From: Poseidonia sp.
GTDB lineage: Archaea; Thermoplasmatota; Poseidoniia; Poseidoniales; Poseidoniaceae
Direction: 5' to 3'
Length of the DNA stretch: 64,000 nt
Assembly (NCBI GenBank): GCA_038148515.1
Contig: JAYQVP010000002.1
Span: 92,102 to 156,101, forward strand
The stretch's first letter is position 1. Every line of letters begins with the position of its first letter. The translations under genes and the position numbers were made by a program. Shown here in pieces: positions 29,814-40,559 of this stretch. The notes below the pieces were generated by a model that saw nothing but the letters and a program-made list of their open reading frames with translations, did no database searches and had not been told where the DNA came from.

Positions 29814-29823
29814 GCCGTTCACC

Positions 29824-32800
29824 TCACTGGTCGTTCATTTCGGCCATCGTTTCATCGGCCGTTGAATCAAGTTCCTCGTCCACGTCGCTTTCGCTCAGAT
29901 GTTCAACGAGGTCGGCGCGTTCGGCGATGTCCTCCGAGAGTTCTGCTGTCCGCTCAATCAATCCCTCGAGGGCTGCTTCCTCTACTTCACCTGATTCCTG
30001 TAAATGAGGGACGAGCCCTCCAAGACTCTTGGGCACAGGCAATTCACCAGGAACCCTCGGCATCTCGTCCGCGAGAATGACAGCGTCTTTCAAGCGCTCC
30101 TCGTTCTTTTTAGCGGCTTTTTGAGCCTCTTCAAGGGCGGCCTCACCAATGGCGATAGCGCGCTCTCGGTCGAAGTCCAGAATCCGACGGCTGCATCCGT
30201 CACCTCCGTGAGTGATGCCGATGTGGTGGTCAGCCAGCTTCAACGAAACCTTACGCAACGTGACCATAATGAATTGTGCCCGCTTGCTACGCTCGCGACA
30301 CATCTTGGCGATGCGTTCGGCGTTGTACGCATCCAAATTTTGGTCCACTTCATCGAAGTAATAAAACGGACTCGGGTCGTAGTCTTGGATGGCGAAGATG
30401 AGGGCCAAGGCCGCCATGGATTGTTCACCGCCAGAAAGTTGCTGGCGGCTGACCTTCGATGATTTCCCTCGGGGTTGAGCCCACAACTCAAGACCGCCTT
30501 TGAAAGGCTCCTCGGGATTTTCGAGGAACAATTCCCCTCGACCACCGTCGGACAGAATTTCGTACGCTTTCTGAAAGTTGGTGTTGACTTTTTCGAGCAC
30601 ATCCAACAAACGCTCTTTGCGTTGCGATTCCAGTTCTTCGGCAACCTCAAGCAGTTCCTTTCGGCGAGTTTGTAGGGTCGCAAATTCATCTTTCATGAGG
30701 TCAAGTCGAGCCTGACAAGCATCGTACTGCTCAATGGCCATCATGTTGACGTTACCGAATTGTTCGAGTTGACGCTGCAAATGACGCAGGTTGCGCTCCA
30801 ATTCTCCGACGCTCTTGAGACCCTCCGGCATTTCCTCGGGAGAGAGCCCCGCCTCGATCACCTCGGCGGCCATCTCGGCGACATCTCGCTCTTTGTCAGC
30901 GATGGTGCGTTGCAAATCCTCGGCCATGCGACGATGATTGTTGGCTTGATTCAAGCGTTCCTCGTTTCTGACCCGAAGTGTTGCACGTTGGTCGGTCAAT
31001 TCTTGACGTTCTTGCTCCAAGCCTTGGTTCTCCTCAAGATAGACCGCTTGCTCGTCTTTTTTCGCCTTGAGTTCGATTCTGTCCGTGGCCAATGCTGCTT
31101 CAAGTTCGTCCACGCGGTCGATACGTTCCAAACGTTGGCGCTCCAATGCAGAGCCTCGCTTTTGCGTCTCATCGACGCGCCGACGGAGAAGAGTGAGATG
31201 GGCCGTGCCGCTGTTGAGGGTTTCTTCTGCTGTTGTTTGGGCGCCCTTGGCACCAACCCGCTTCAAGTTGGCTGCATGCAAGCGCTCACGCAAATGCTCA
31301 GGACTCGCTTCTTCCAGTTTGGTCTTGGCCTCGTCTCGGGACTGCTGTGCTTGCTGCAGGGAGCCTGTGGCTTCGTCCAGGCCTTTCAAGGCGGTTTGGG
31401 CTTTGAATCGAATCTCGTCCAACGCGGTTTCATGACCCGCTGCGGCTGTCAAGGCTTTTTGATGAGCGGAAGCAACCTGTCGGCGCTCGGCTTGGGTTTC
31501 TCGCAAGGTGGTGGCGTGTGAGTCATCGACCATCGCATTGATGGAATCACGTATGGCTTGTTGGTTTGTTCTTACTTCTCGAAGTGCCTCGTTAACGGTC
31601 TGCTCCATCAACAAGTATTTTTCGACCTCAGCCGTGTACTTCTCAACGTCGCTTGCCCCCTGAATTTGGCCGCCGAAGGGGATGGTCATCCTTCGTTGTG
31701 AACCGCCGATCATCGCACCACCTGCTTCCGTGAGATCGCCGCGTAGGGTGACAAGACGAACGCCTCCCATGTGGCGGCGAGCAGTGGACATGTTGTCCAC
31801 GAGCAGGGTGTTGCGGAGCACAAATTTCACCGCAATATCGATTCTTGGATCGTAATCGAGCATCTCGTGAGCAAAACCAATCACACCTTCCTTTCGAGCA
31901 ACCATGACCGATTTTCCGGCAGCACGGGTTGTGGTGAGGCGATTGAGAGGCAAGAAGGTGGCCCGTCCTGCTTTGTTTTCGGCCAACCATCGAATCGCCT
32001 GAGCGGCGTTCTCATCGGTGTCCACCACCACGGACGCCATGCCAGAGCCAATGGCTGTGGCCAACGCAATCTCATGAGAACGATCTTTTGGAGCGCACAA
32101 TTCAGCAATGGTGCCAATGATGCCAGGCAACTCGCCACGTTCTCGTGCAGCCATGACTGCGCTCGCGCCCCCTGCGAGGCCTTTTGCACCGGATTTCTCT
32201 TCAAGTTCGGCCCGTGCAAGGTTGAGAGCCCGTTCCGCTTCTCTTCGTTTGATTTCAATTCGGTTGCGATCTTCGCTGAGTTGGCCCTCTGCTCGCTGCG
32301 CTTCGGTCAGTTTGCGCGCAAGGGATTCTCGGTCCATATCAGGTGCAGATTGGGTTAACTCCTCAATTTGGAAGTCCAACTCGCCCAAGGCAAGCCGGAG
32401 ATCTTCGCATTCTTGTTGGGCTTTGGCCAATTGGTCAGAAACCAAATCTGCCTCTACGGCGAGCCTGTCCACATCTGATTGAGCCTTCGCCCGCTCGGTT
32501 TCGCACCGTTCAACGGTGGCTTCAGTGGCTTTGAGGGCTTCGTTGAATTGTTGATTCTCGGCGCCTGCCGATTCGAGGGCTAGGCGGACATCGGCTTCCT
32601 CGCGTTGTGCTTCTTCTAAACTCGTTTTGGCTGCTTCAAGTGAGGTGGCTGCGGCCTCAAGGTTGGCTTCAAATGCGGCAAGTTCGGCCGTGGCCTCGTC
32701 GAGTTGCTCTGCAAGTTCCTGCGATTCCAAAGCGTCGTCTTCTTCCTCCTTGGAGGCTTCAGCGATTCGGTCGGTGTTTCGCTCAATCGCAACCTGGAGG

Positions 32801-33732
32801 GCTTGTATCGCTTGCCCAAGTTCAGAGGTTTCTCCGCCCGTGAGTTTGTTGATCTCCTGCTGAATCTCGCTGATTCGGTCGTCCAATTCCAACAAGATTT
32901 TTGCTGTCTCTTTGTGCTCCTCAAGCAACGATACGCTCTCATCAACGTAATTTTTGCGCTGGTCGATGTGGAATGCGAGTTCGTTCTTCATAGAAGAATA
33001 CCGAGATTGTAACAACATAGCATTGGTCAATTGTATGTTGTCCGTGACCTCTTTTGCCTGTTGGGCCACATGGCGCTCTTTGGCCAACGTGGAGAGGCGA
33101 TCGAGTTGCTCTTGCTCAAGCAACCCGATTCGCTCGAGATAACTCTCGACCTGTTCCTGTTGCTTGTTGGCTTTCCGAAGTTCATCGTCGTAGGAAGTCA
33201 CACCTGCGACGTTGTCGAGCACCTTACGCCGTTCATTGGCCGTCATCTTTGCAAGGCTGGTCACATCCCCTTGCAGGACAATGTTGTAGCCGTCGGGACG
33301 GGCATTGGCTGCTCCCAAGAGACGATGAAACACCTTCTGACTGCTCTCCTCGTCGTTGAGCAGGTAGGTTGTCACAGGATTGTTGGAGGAGGTGAGGCGA
33401 ATGGTACGCGTCATTCGAATCTCGTCTTTATCCAGCGGTAGTCGGCGACGCCCACCGCTCATCACAGGATTGGCGAACACCAACGTGACAGAGCACTCAC
33501 GGGCAGGTTTGGAGTTCTTCCCACCGTTGAAGATAAGGTCGGCTGAGTTCTGTGCCCGTATGACGCGATTGGATTTGGGCCCCAGGACGAATTGAATGGC
33601 GTCACCGCAATTCGATTTTCCCGAACCGTTTGGCCCGGTAATGGCGGTGAATCCCCGGTCCATCGGAACGGTCACTTCACCCTTGAAGGATTTGAAATTC
33701 CGCACTTCAAGTGATTTTAGATACATACCCAT
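29824..33732 (-). CDS. smc: Chromosome segregation protein SMC
   Basis: NFKSF, GPNGSGKSN, hinge GRATFLPL...GAMIGG, LSGGE, YFDEVDQNLD. Confidence 0.97.
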   Translation of the reverse strand: MGMYLKSLEVRNFKSFKGEVTVPMDRGFTAITGPNGSGKSNCGDAIQFVLGPKSNRVIRAQNSADLIFNGGKNSKPARECSVTLVFANPVMSGGRRRLPLDKDEIRMTRTIRLTSSNNPVTTYLLNDEESSQKVFHRLLGAANARPDGYNIVLQGDVTSLAKMTANERRKVLDNVAGVTSYDDELRKANKQQEQVESYLERIGLLEQEQLDRLSTLAKERHVAQQAKEVTDNIQLTNAMLLQSRYSSMKNELAFHIDQRKNYVDESVSLLEEHKETAKILLELDDRISEIQQEINKLTGGETSELGQAIQALQVAIERNTDRIAEASKEEEDDALESQELAEQLDEATAELAAFEANLEAAATSLEAAKTSLEEAQREEADVRLALESAGAENQQFNEALKATEATVERCETERAKAQSDVDRLAVEADLVSDQLAKAQQECEDLRLALGELDFQIEELTQSAPDMDRESLARKLTEAQRAEGQLSEDRNRIEIKRREAERALNLARAELEEKSGAKGLAGGASAVMAARERGELPGIIGTIAELCAPKDRSHEIALATAIGSGMASVVVDTDENAAQAIRWLAENKAGRATFLPLNRLTTTRAAGKSVMVARKEGVIGFAHEMLDYDPRIDIAVKFVLRNTLLVDNMSTARRHMGGVRLVTLRGDLTEAGGAMIGGSQRRMTIPFGGQIQGASDVEKYTAEVEKYLLMEQTVNEALREVRTNQQAIRDSINAMVDDSHATTLRETQAERRQVASAHQKALTAAAGHETALDEIRFKAQTALKGLDEATGSLQQAQQSRDEAKTKLEEASPEHLRERLHAANLKRVGAKGAQTTAEETLNSGTAHLTLLRRRVDETQKRGSALERQRLERIDRVDELEAALATDRIELKAKKDEQAVYLEENQGLEQERQELTDQRATLRVRNEERLNQANNHRRMAEDLQRTIADKERDVAEMAAEVIEAGLSPEEMPEGLKSVGELERNLRHLQRQLEQFGNVNMMAIEQYDACQARLDLMKDEFATLQTRRKELLEVAEELESQRKERLLDVLEKVNTNFQKAYEILSDGGRGELFLENPEEPFKGGLELWAQPRGKSSKVSRQQLSGGEQSMAALALIFAIQDYDPSPFYYFDEVDQNLDAYNAERIAKMCRERSKRAQFIMVTLRKVSLKLADHHIGITHGGDGCSRRILDFDRERAIAIGEAALEEAQKAAKKNEERLKDAVILADEMPRVPGELPVPKSLGGLVPHLQESGEVEEAALEGLIERTAELSEDIAERADLVEHLSESDVDEELDSTADETMAEMNDQ

Positions 33733-33859
33733 CCCTCGAGAGTGAAATCAACGATTCCACCACTCGGAAACCACCCGTTTCCTACAGGTTTTAAACAATA
33801 CGAAGAAACACGGCTCCGTGCATTGATTTTCGGGTCCATTTTTGTGAAGCCGAGACCGT

Positions 33860-34627
33860 TCAAAACACGCCGTGATTGTTGCACTTTGAACATCCAGCAC
33901 CTTGACAGTAGGGGCAGGTTGCCATCACCAGCAATTGGTTTCGTCGTCGGCGCATAGCGAGATCTTTGTCGGATTTCAACAATCGAGAACGTTCCACGCG
34001 TTCAATTGCTTTGGCTTCTTGGCTGGACGTATCAAAAAAGGATTTACGGAATTTCCCGGCCTTTTCCCGGCGACGTTCGAGTTTCTGCTGAGTTTGAACG
34101 ACCGCTTCGGCCTCCCAATATTTAGGACCACGGATCATCATCACGCCCACGGTTGCGAAGGCGATTTGTACCACCCAGGGCTCAACTGGGAACGGGAACA
34201 GGGCAGAGAGGCCTTCGGAGTTGGCAGGCGTGGGCAACCATCCCAATCGGTCGAGAACCGCGAGCGTACACATCACACTCCCCACGATGAACGCCACCTT
34301 TCGCACCCGACGAGCCCAGGCTTTGTTTTGCGGCAGTTCGAAGCCCAAAGCGAACAAAAACAGGCCTTCGGCAAACATCAACAAGTCGGCACCTGACCAT
34401 TGACCCGCCTCACCCAGGCAATAGGAGGTGCCCATGGTTGCCAACTCTTCTTCAACCGCCGAGAATGAACAAGCAGGGTCAAACATCAGCAACGTGTCAA
34501 GTTTGAACCCCTCTGCTCCACTGATGAATTGAGGGGCAACCGTTCCAAATTGGGCGTTTGCGATGACGAACAGAAGGATAGCGAGCCCTATGATTGTGGA
34601 GAGTTTACGCATGCGCAAGCCGAACAC
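33860..34627 (-). CDS. Hypothetical membrane protein with C-terminal four-Cys zinc finger
   Basis: About four TM segments, basic region, CPYCQGAGCSKC. Confidence 0.7.
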   Translation of the reverse strand: MFGLRMRKLSTIIGLAILLFVIANAQFGTVAPQFISGAEGFKLDTLLMFDPACSFSAVEEELATMGTSYCLGEAGQWSGADLLMFAEGLFLFALGFELPQNKAWARRVRKVAFIVGSVMCTLAVLDRLGWLPTPANSEGLSALFPFPVEPWVVQIAFATVGVMMIRGPKYWEAEAVVQTQQKLERRREKAGKFRKSFFDTSSQEAKAIERVERSRLLKSDKDLAMRRRRNQLLVMATCPYCQGAGCSKCNNHGVF

Positions 34628-34749
34628 CGAACCTCCACCTCGTCGCCAACGATGCGTGCCTGCTTCATAGTGCTTGCGAGAACGACGGAATGGGGCGACC
34701 CATCACCGTCAAAAGGTGAGTTGGCAAGGGAAGCACGGAGGGGGCTGAG

Positions 34750-36381
34750 ATGAGTCACATCGTCATCATTGGCAGCGGGATTGCCGGCCTTTTTTGCGCC
34801 TGTCAGTTGGCTGAAGGTGGGCACACCGTCACCGTCGTGACCAAACAACGGACCAAGGACTCCTCAACAAACTGGGCGCAGGGCGGCATCGCCGCCATTT
34901 TGGACCAAACGAACACGGAAGGGATGGAAGCGCATGTCCGAGACACACTCTCATCGGGCGACGGAACCTGTGATGAAGCGGTGGTGCGCTCTGTGATCGA
35001 GGAAGCCGGCGCCCGTATTCGCGAGCTGATTGAATTCGGCGTTCGATTTGAGCGCGAAAGCGACGGGCGATTTTCGCTCGCTCAGGAAGGGGGCCATTCT
35101 CAACGTCGCATCCTGCATGCGAAGGACGCAACCGGAAAGGAAATCGAAGGGGCCCTCTCAAGGTTCGCTGAACGTCACGAACGCATTCTCCTCCAGCCCA
35201 ACACCCTCGCCATCGACTTGATTCAGCGACACCACGGCGACCCATCACAAGGCGTGGCAGGAGTGTGGTGTCTGAACCAAAAGACGTCGGAGGTCGTGAC
35301 CCTTGAGGCCGATGCCGTCATCTTAGCCACCGGGGGCGTGGGCAGGTTGTGGAAACAAACCACAAACCCCAGTGTGGCGACAGGTGATGGTTTAGCCATG
35401 GCCTATAGAGCAGGAGCCTGCGTACGAGACTTGGCCTTTATCCAGTTCCATCCGACCTCGCTATTCGGTGCATCCAGCCGACCATTTCTCATCACCGAAG
35501 CGCTCCGGGGAGCGGGTGCAGTTTTGATGGACGAGGCTGGATTGAACACATGGCAAGCGGCCTGCGAGTCAGCCCGAGAGACCGGTGAGACAACACCTGA
35601 ACCTGCCCCGTTTTCCTTCACGCTGGACCACTCACCTCACGGCTCAATGGCCACTCGGGACATTGTTGCACGGGCCATCGACGAACAGATGAAACGAAAC
35701 GGACGACCGCATGTTTGGCTGGTGACGTCGCACCTCGATGCTGAGATGCTCAACAGCACCTTCCCTACCATTGCAGGACGCCTGGCCAAAATGGGATTGA
35801 CCTTGGGTGTCGATCCCGTACCTGTAGCACCGGCCGCCCACTACATGGTGGGAGGTATTCAGGTGGACAGCACCGGTCGCGCCCACCAACGCAGCAACGG
35901 AAAACCCATGCCCCACTTGTATGCGATCGGTGAAGTGGCAAGTACTGGCATGCACGGAGCCAATCGATTGGCGTCCAACAGTTTGCTCGAGGCGGTGGTC
36001 TATGCTCGGCGTGTGGCGCAACATCTGTTGGACACTCCACCCTCTCCCTACGAAGGTAAACGCCCACCATGGCGAGCAGACGGTTTGAGTCACCTCAGCG
36101 AACACGCGCCCATTGTCCACGACCGACGAAGCTTGGTTCAAACGATGTCTGACGAGGTTGGCATTGTTCGAAGCGACCAACGATTGAAACGGGCCAAGCG
36201 CCGGTTGGATCTCCTCAACAAAGAGGTGGACTTGATATGGAAGGGCAGTCGGCCGTCTCGAGACATCGTTGAATTGAGGAATTTGGCGTTGGTTGGCCAA
36301 CTTGTGGTCGCCGACGCACTGGAGCAGCGTGTCAATCGTGGCCTGCACTTCAATGTCGACCTCAAGGATGGCAAGCCTTGA
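34750..36381 (+). CDS. nadB: L-aspartate oxidase
   Basis: GSGIAG, WAQGGI, EGGHS, QFHPT, TEALRG, GMHGANRLASNSL. Confidence 0.93.
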   Translation: MSHIVIIGSGIAGLFCACQLAEGGHTVTVVTKQRTKDSSTNWAQGGIAAILDQTNTEGMEAHVRDTLSSGDGTCDEAVVRSVIEEAGARIRELIEFGVRFERESDGRFSLAQEGGHSQRRILHAKDATGKEIEGALSRFAERHERILLQPNTLAIDLIQRHHGDPSQGVAGVWCLNQKTSEVVTLEADAVILATGGVGRLWKQTTNPSVATGDGLAMAYRAGACVRDLAFIQFHPTSLFGASSRPFLITEALRGAGAVLMDEAGLNTWQAACESARETGETTPEPAPFSFTLDHSPHGSMATRDIVARAIDEQMKRNGRPHVWLVTSHLDAEMLNSTFPTIAGRLAKMGLTLGVDPVPVAPAAHYMVGGIQVDSTGRAHQRSNGKPMPHLYAIGEVASTGMHGANRLASNSLLEAVVYARRVAQHLLDTPPSPYEGKRPPWRADGLSHLSEHAPIVHDRRSLVQTMSDEVGIVRSDQRLKRAKRRLDLLNKEVDLIWKGSRPSRDIVELRNLALVGQLVVADALEQRVNRGLHFNVDLKDGKP

Positions 36382-37288
36382 CCATGGCCGAGAGGGCACG
36401 ATTCAACGGGACTGAAACCCCATGGTGTTCAGCCAGTTCAACGACAAAGGCGTTTAAGGCGTCGATTTCCGTTCGCCGCCCTGCTTTGATGTCTTGCAGC
36501 ATACTGCAAGCATTGTCGCCTGTTGCGGTGAGCACCTCTCGTAACCGATGTTCAAAGGCGACTTCATCATCCACAGTCACTCGTTCCATCTTTGCCACCA
36601 AGGCGGCCTCGCGGTAAACCGACATGCATGTTGAAAACAACGCAGCATCCAGCAACTCACCGTTGTTCAATCCGGCGAGGGCAGCCACAGGGTTGACCGC
36701 CACGTTGAGGAGGACTTTCTGCCATACCAACGACATAGCATCGTGTACCCGTTCAATGGAGAAGCCAGCTGACTCCATCAAGGCAACCACAGACGCCACC
36801 CTATGGTCACCGGGCCCCAATGGTGGAACCGCCAGTCCAACCGAACCTGCTCCGGCCCACACCGTCCGCTCGCCTTCGGTATAGGCGCCAAGCGTCGTGG
36901 TAGCGGCTAGGACACGCTCCGGTCCTAGCCATCTCGTCATGGCTTCTACATGGCCCAACCCATTGCAGACTGTAAAGGCAATGCCCTCAGGCTTGAGCAA
37001 GCGATGAGCGAGGGGCAACAGGTCGTCAAGAGCGTACGACTTCGAAGCAAGGATGAGAACATCGGTGCGGTGCTCAAAACTATCGTCCAACGGTAATTCT
37101 TCGCTCGAAAACATCAGACGTTCGGGGGGAACGTCTGGAAGCGAAAGACCCTCGATAACAACCCCCTCCAGCATCATTCGAGCACCTCGCACGCCCCGGA
37201 CATGGAGGTGCAATTCGTGCTCTGTTTGAGCCAAATGGGCGGCCATTATCGCACCGATAGCCCCGACACCCAACACAGAGATTCGCAT
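36362..37288 (-). CDS. panE: 2-dehydropantoate 2-reductase
   Basis: GVGAIG, KSY, NGLG, WQKVLLN, SMLQD..RRTEID. Confidence 0.9.
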   Translation of the reverse strand: MRISVLGVGAIGAIMAAHLAQTEHELHLHVRGVRGARMMLEGVVIEGLSLPDVPPERLMFSSEELPLDDSFEHRTDVLILASKSYALDDLLPLAHRLLKPEGIAFTVCNGLGHVEAMTRWLGPERVLAATTTLGAYTEGERTVWAGAGSVGLAVPPLGPGDHRVASVVALMESAGFSIERVHDAMSLVWQKVLLNVAVNPVAALAGLNNGELLDAALFSTCMSVYREAALVAKMERVTVDDEVAFEHRLREVLTATGDNACSMLQDIKAGRRTEIDALNAFVVELAEHHGVSVPLNRALSAMVKACHP

Positions 37289-37297
37289 CCTCGCCCC

Positions 37298-39832
37298 TCA
37301 CTGATAACTGGCTAAATGCATGACAACGGTGTTTCCGTCATAGGTGAGCCACATGGTCGAGAGTGGGGAATCCGGAGGCGTCAGAACCAAGGTGGAATCA
37401 CCGGGGGGCAGGGAGCCACCGCTCCATGTCGTGGCCCAATCATCGCCCAAACTGCCCTCTTTGGCCAAGCGAAAGGGAACGGGGTCTTGATTTGGATTGG
37501 TCAACGTGAGCACCCCCATATCGGGATGCAGCAGCGTACCGTTGTGTGCAATGGCCCAAGGAGTGGTCCAAAAGCGAGTGGTGGTGTTCATCCATTCCAC
37601 AAGCAACTCAGGGCCTTCAACTGCATCGAAGGCGACTTCAGGATAAGGTGAGAAGGTGGACTTGCACAAGGACACACGGATGCCCGAAGCGATCTGGAGG
37701 GTGAGACGTTGGTCCTGCTCAACCAAGGGGAGGTTTCCTGATGAACGAATCGAGGTGTCCCACACCCATTCACCTTCTAACGGGCGAGCGGGGGTGCTAA
37801 TGGTGGCGTTAATGGGGCAGGATGCATCACCGCTCATCAATATGCCACCTTCCTCCAACACTGCCCCCCACGGCAGGGAGGCATTGGGTTGAATGGTCCA
37901 TCCGGTGGCGGGGACGTGGGCTTCCAACGGTCGACGATTGGGCAGCAACGGAGCGAAGGTATGGTTGTTGAGATGCAGCGTGGCCATGGACGGCTCGAAG
38001 ACCAACGGATCCAACCCTCTCAAGCAAACAGCATCGGGAACCTCGGTGAAACTGGCCGACATGTTCGTACCGTCATCCATCTCAACCAACGAGGTGTTGA
38101 GCCATCCGAACGAGGAGGGGGAAACGCTCACGTTCAGGTAAGTCGATTCCGTCAACATCCCGTGCAGGTCGACGCAACGATGAACCGTTGATCCATCGAT
38201 GACATCGTACCATTGTTGAGCAGGCATGACTTCGAGCGCAGGTCGAACCTCAGCGGGCGAAACGACATAGGCATCGTTGATGTGCAGCACATAACTGTAG
38301 GTTGCCAACGTGGGTTCATCTTCCCCAGACCAGGTTAGGTTCAGCCAGAAAAAGGCTGTCCGTCCGGGTAACAAGAAAGCGCCGCATCCCTCGCCCCCCA
38401 CCGACAGGGTGTCTTCCCCGTCGCAATCCCAATCAACCTGCCAACCATGATCTGGATGTTCCCACTCGGTGCGAATAGCATAGGGCTGCTCAAGAGAAGA
38501 CGGGTTCGAGATTTGAATTTCCGTCCTTGCCTGCCACGTGCCGTTCTCCAACAACACGGCGGTTTCGCTGTCGCTCAACGTGTAGGTCAATTCGGCATCC
38601 CATGACTCATCGTGAACAACCGGTTGAGCAGCGGGAAAAAACAAGAGGAACACCATGAACAACATCACTCCCATACGGCGATGTTCGCTTTCGCTCAACC
38701 CAGTGGTCTCGTTAAGGATGATCGGGATGCGCAAATCACTGCCCAAGGTCAGCAGCAACGGGAACAACAGAGCGAAGACCAAATACCACAATGAGAACGA
38801 TTCGAAAATACCCAACACGTACGCACAAAAGAGGATGGTGACGAAGATGAGGGTTTGATTGCTCGAGCTGCGGGCGTTGAAAAGCCCCATTCGTGCAATC
38901 ATCAATCGTCCACCGGGAAAGGTGGGAATGGGTAGCAGAGAGATCCAAGCAAACAGCATGAGCATCCCTCCGGCGTGGACCCAAGGGTGCGCCCAGGCGA
39001 GCCGAATGAGTGAATCTGAAGCGATGAAATTTGAGGCGATGAGCGACATGAACAGCGGCGGGTCGGTCAGCAACGGCATAGCGGTAGAGGCCAAGTATTC
39101 AGGTGTCAGTGCCAGGCCAACGAAAAACAGGACCATGCCCAGAACGCTCATGACCAGAGGGACCGAAAGAGCGGTGTAACCAAGCGCTGGGCGATTGGGC
39201 CAAGGCCGGGCATCCATCCTCGGCATGGTAGGTATGAGCAACACCCCAAACGGCCAAATCAACCAACTCGTAGGAAACAGACCCATGGCGTAGAAGGCGA
39301 TGGTGAGGTCAGGAACGGGAAGTAGATGCCCACAACGGACGCCATAGCGAGCAGCAACAGCCCGCTGAACGCTTGATGCGACCCACAATACAGCAAGCAC
39401 CGGCAAGGTATAGCCGAGCAAGGCATCAACCAGAGTGGACGGGTGGAACCAGCCCTCGGTTGGTCGAGACGGGTTCATCCAAATGCTACCAGCAAGCGAG
39501 AGTGTGAGTGAGGAAAGAAACCAAAACACCACGATGTTCTTGCTTCGAGGAAACTGGCGTTCAGGCGTGGGAAAAATCGTGATTGACCAGTCTTCGCCCG
39601 GGGTCAATTTTCCCATCCACCCGAGTTGGGCGAGATGGGTGTTGATCGCAGCAAGTTCGGCATCCAAATCATCGCCCTTGGCAGAGACGGTCCAAGAAGG
39701 CCAACGCCCTCCGTCTCGTCGATGGACATTCACATAGCGTCGTAAAATATGGGCCAAAAGGTCCTGTTGCTCCCATGCTTTGCGTTGATGGGGCAGGGAT
39801 TCAAGGTCCGAAGGGGGCATTTCTTCCTCCAT
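37298..39832 (-). CDS. Site-2-protease (M50)-like membrane protein, probably inactive, with large C-terminal extracellular region
   Basis: M50-like helix pattern and LLPIPTFPGG, but no HExxH; beta-rich C-terminal half. Confidence 0.6.
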   Translation of the reverse strand: MEEEMPPSDLESLPHQRKAWEQQDLLAHILRRYVNVHRRDGGRWPSWTVSAKGDDLDAELAAINTHLAQLGWMGKLTPGEDWSITIFPTPERQFPRSKNIVVFWFLSSLTLSLAGSIWMNPSRPTEGWFHPSTLVDALLGYTLPVLAVLWVASSVQRAVAARYGVRCGHLLPVPDLTIAFYAMGLFPTSWLIWPFGVLLIPTMPRMDARPWPNRPALGYTALSVPLVMSVLGMVLFFVGLALTPEYLASTAMPLLTDPPLFMSLIASNFIASDSLIRLAWAHPWVHAGGMLMLFAWISLLPIPTFPGGRLMIARMGLFNARSSSNQTLIFVTILFCAYVLGIFESFSLWYLVFALLFPLLLTLGSDLRIPIILNETTGLSESEHRRMGVMLFMVFLLFFPAAQPVVHDESWDAELTYTLSDSETAVLLENGTWQARTEIQISNPSSLEQPYAIRTEWEHPDHGWQVDWDCDGEDTLSVGGEGCGAFLLPGRTAFFWLNLTWSGEDEPTLATYSYVLHINDAYVVSPAEVRPALEVMPAQQWYDVIDGSTVHRCVDLHGMLTESTYLNVSVSPSSFGWLNTSLVEMDDGTNMSASFTEVPDAVCLRGLDPLVFEPSMATLHLNNHTFAPLLPNRRPLEAHVPATGWTIQPNASLPWGAVLEEGGILMSGDASCPINATISTPARPLEGEWVWDTSIRSSGNLPLVEQDQRLTLQIASGIRVSLCKSTFSPYPEVAFDAVEGPELLVEWMNTTTRFWTTPWAIAHNGTLLHPDMGVLTLTNPNQDPVPFRLAKEGSLGDDWATTWSGGSLPPGDSTLVLTPPDSPLSTMWLTYDGNTVVMHLASYQ

Positions 39833-39906
39833 GGCCAGCCCCCCTCGTGATGTTGCTATGGCCCATCCCCCATGAATCCCTCGTTGGGCGTTGGAGACGT
39901 TGAGGC

Positions 39907-40524
39907 TCACTTGTTTTTGAAACGCTTGAGGCGGAAGGTCTCTTCACGTTCCATTTCTTCAAGTCTGAGTTGAATGAAGACCTTGGCGTCCTCAAGTTCA
40001 GGGATGACCTTGAACTCGAGAGCGTTCACACGGCGTTTGGTGGCTTCGATTTCGGCCAGCAGACGCTTGAGGGTCGCTTCCATTTCAGAGGCCTTGACGA
40101 TTTTTTCAATCAATTCACTGAACGAATCGCTCGCTTCGTCGATGTAAGGTGACGACCCGATGAACCCGATACCTCGCTCGGCAAAGGTCGATTTGAGGTT
40201 GCTACCGGTCACACTCGGAACTACAACACCCATGATATTACGGCGCTCAACTTCAACCTCGGGATGGGCTGAATTGGCGATGGCGGCAGCTCTCACGGCC
40301 AAACCTCCTTCAATGGCGTTGGCGAGGTCAATACGTGTCTTTGCCAGCCGGTAGGCGTCTGTGAGATCACGCTTCGCTTCAATCATCTCGGAGAGGAGCG
40401 TCCGGAATTCGTGAAACAGACCGTCTCGCTTCATCTTCAGGAGTTTGTAGCCGTTCTTCGTTTGCTTGATGCGAGCCTTCAGTTTGATGAGTTCGCTGCG
40501 GGTTGGCTTGATGTCCAATGCCAT
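39907..40524 (-). CDS. atpD: A-type ATP synthase subunit D
   Basis: KPTRSEL, LLKMKRD, KRRVNALE. Confidence 0.95.
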   Translation of the reverse strand: MALDIKPTRSELIKLKARIKQTKNGYKLLKMKRDGLFHEFRTLLSEMIEAKRDLTDAYRLAKTRIDLANAIEGGLAVRAAAIANSAHPEVEVERRNIMGVVVPSVTGSNLKSTFAERGIGFIGSSPYIDEASDSFSELIEKIVKASEMEATLKRLLAEIEATKRRVNALEFKVIPELEDAKVFIQLRLEEMEREETFRLKRFKNK

Positions 40525-40559
40525 GCTTCTCACCTCCTCTGTTGTTGCTCATTCTGTGT

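Noticed and set aside
27963..33732. smc-scpA-scpB as a Wadjet/MksBEF defence system
   Set aside because: Canonical SMC with full hinge, housekeeping context and no JetD/MksG nuclease.
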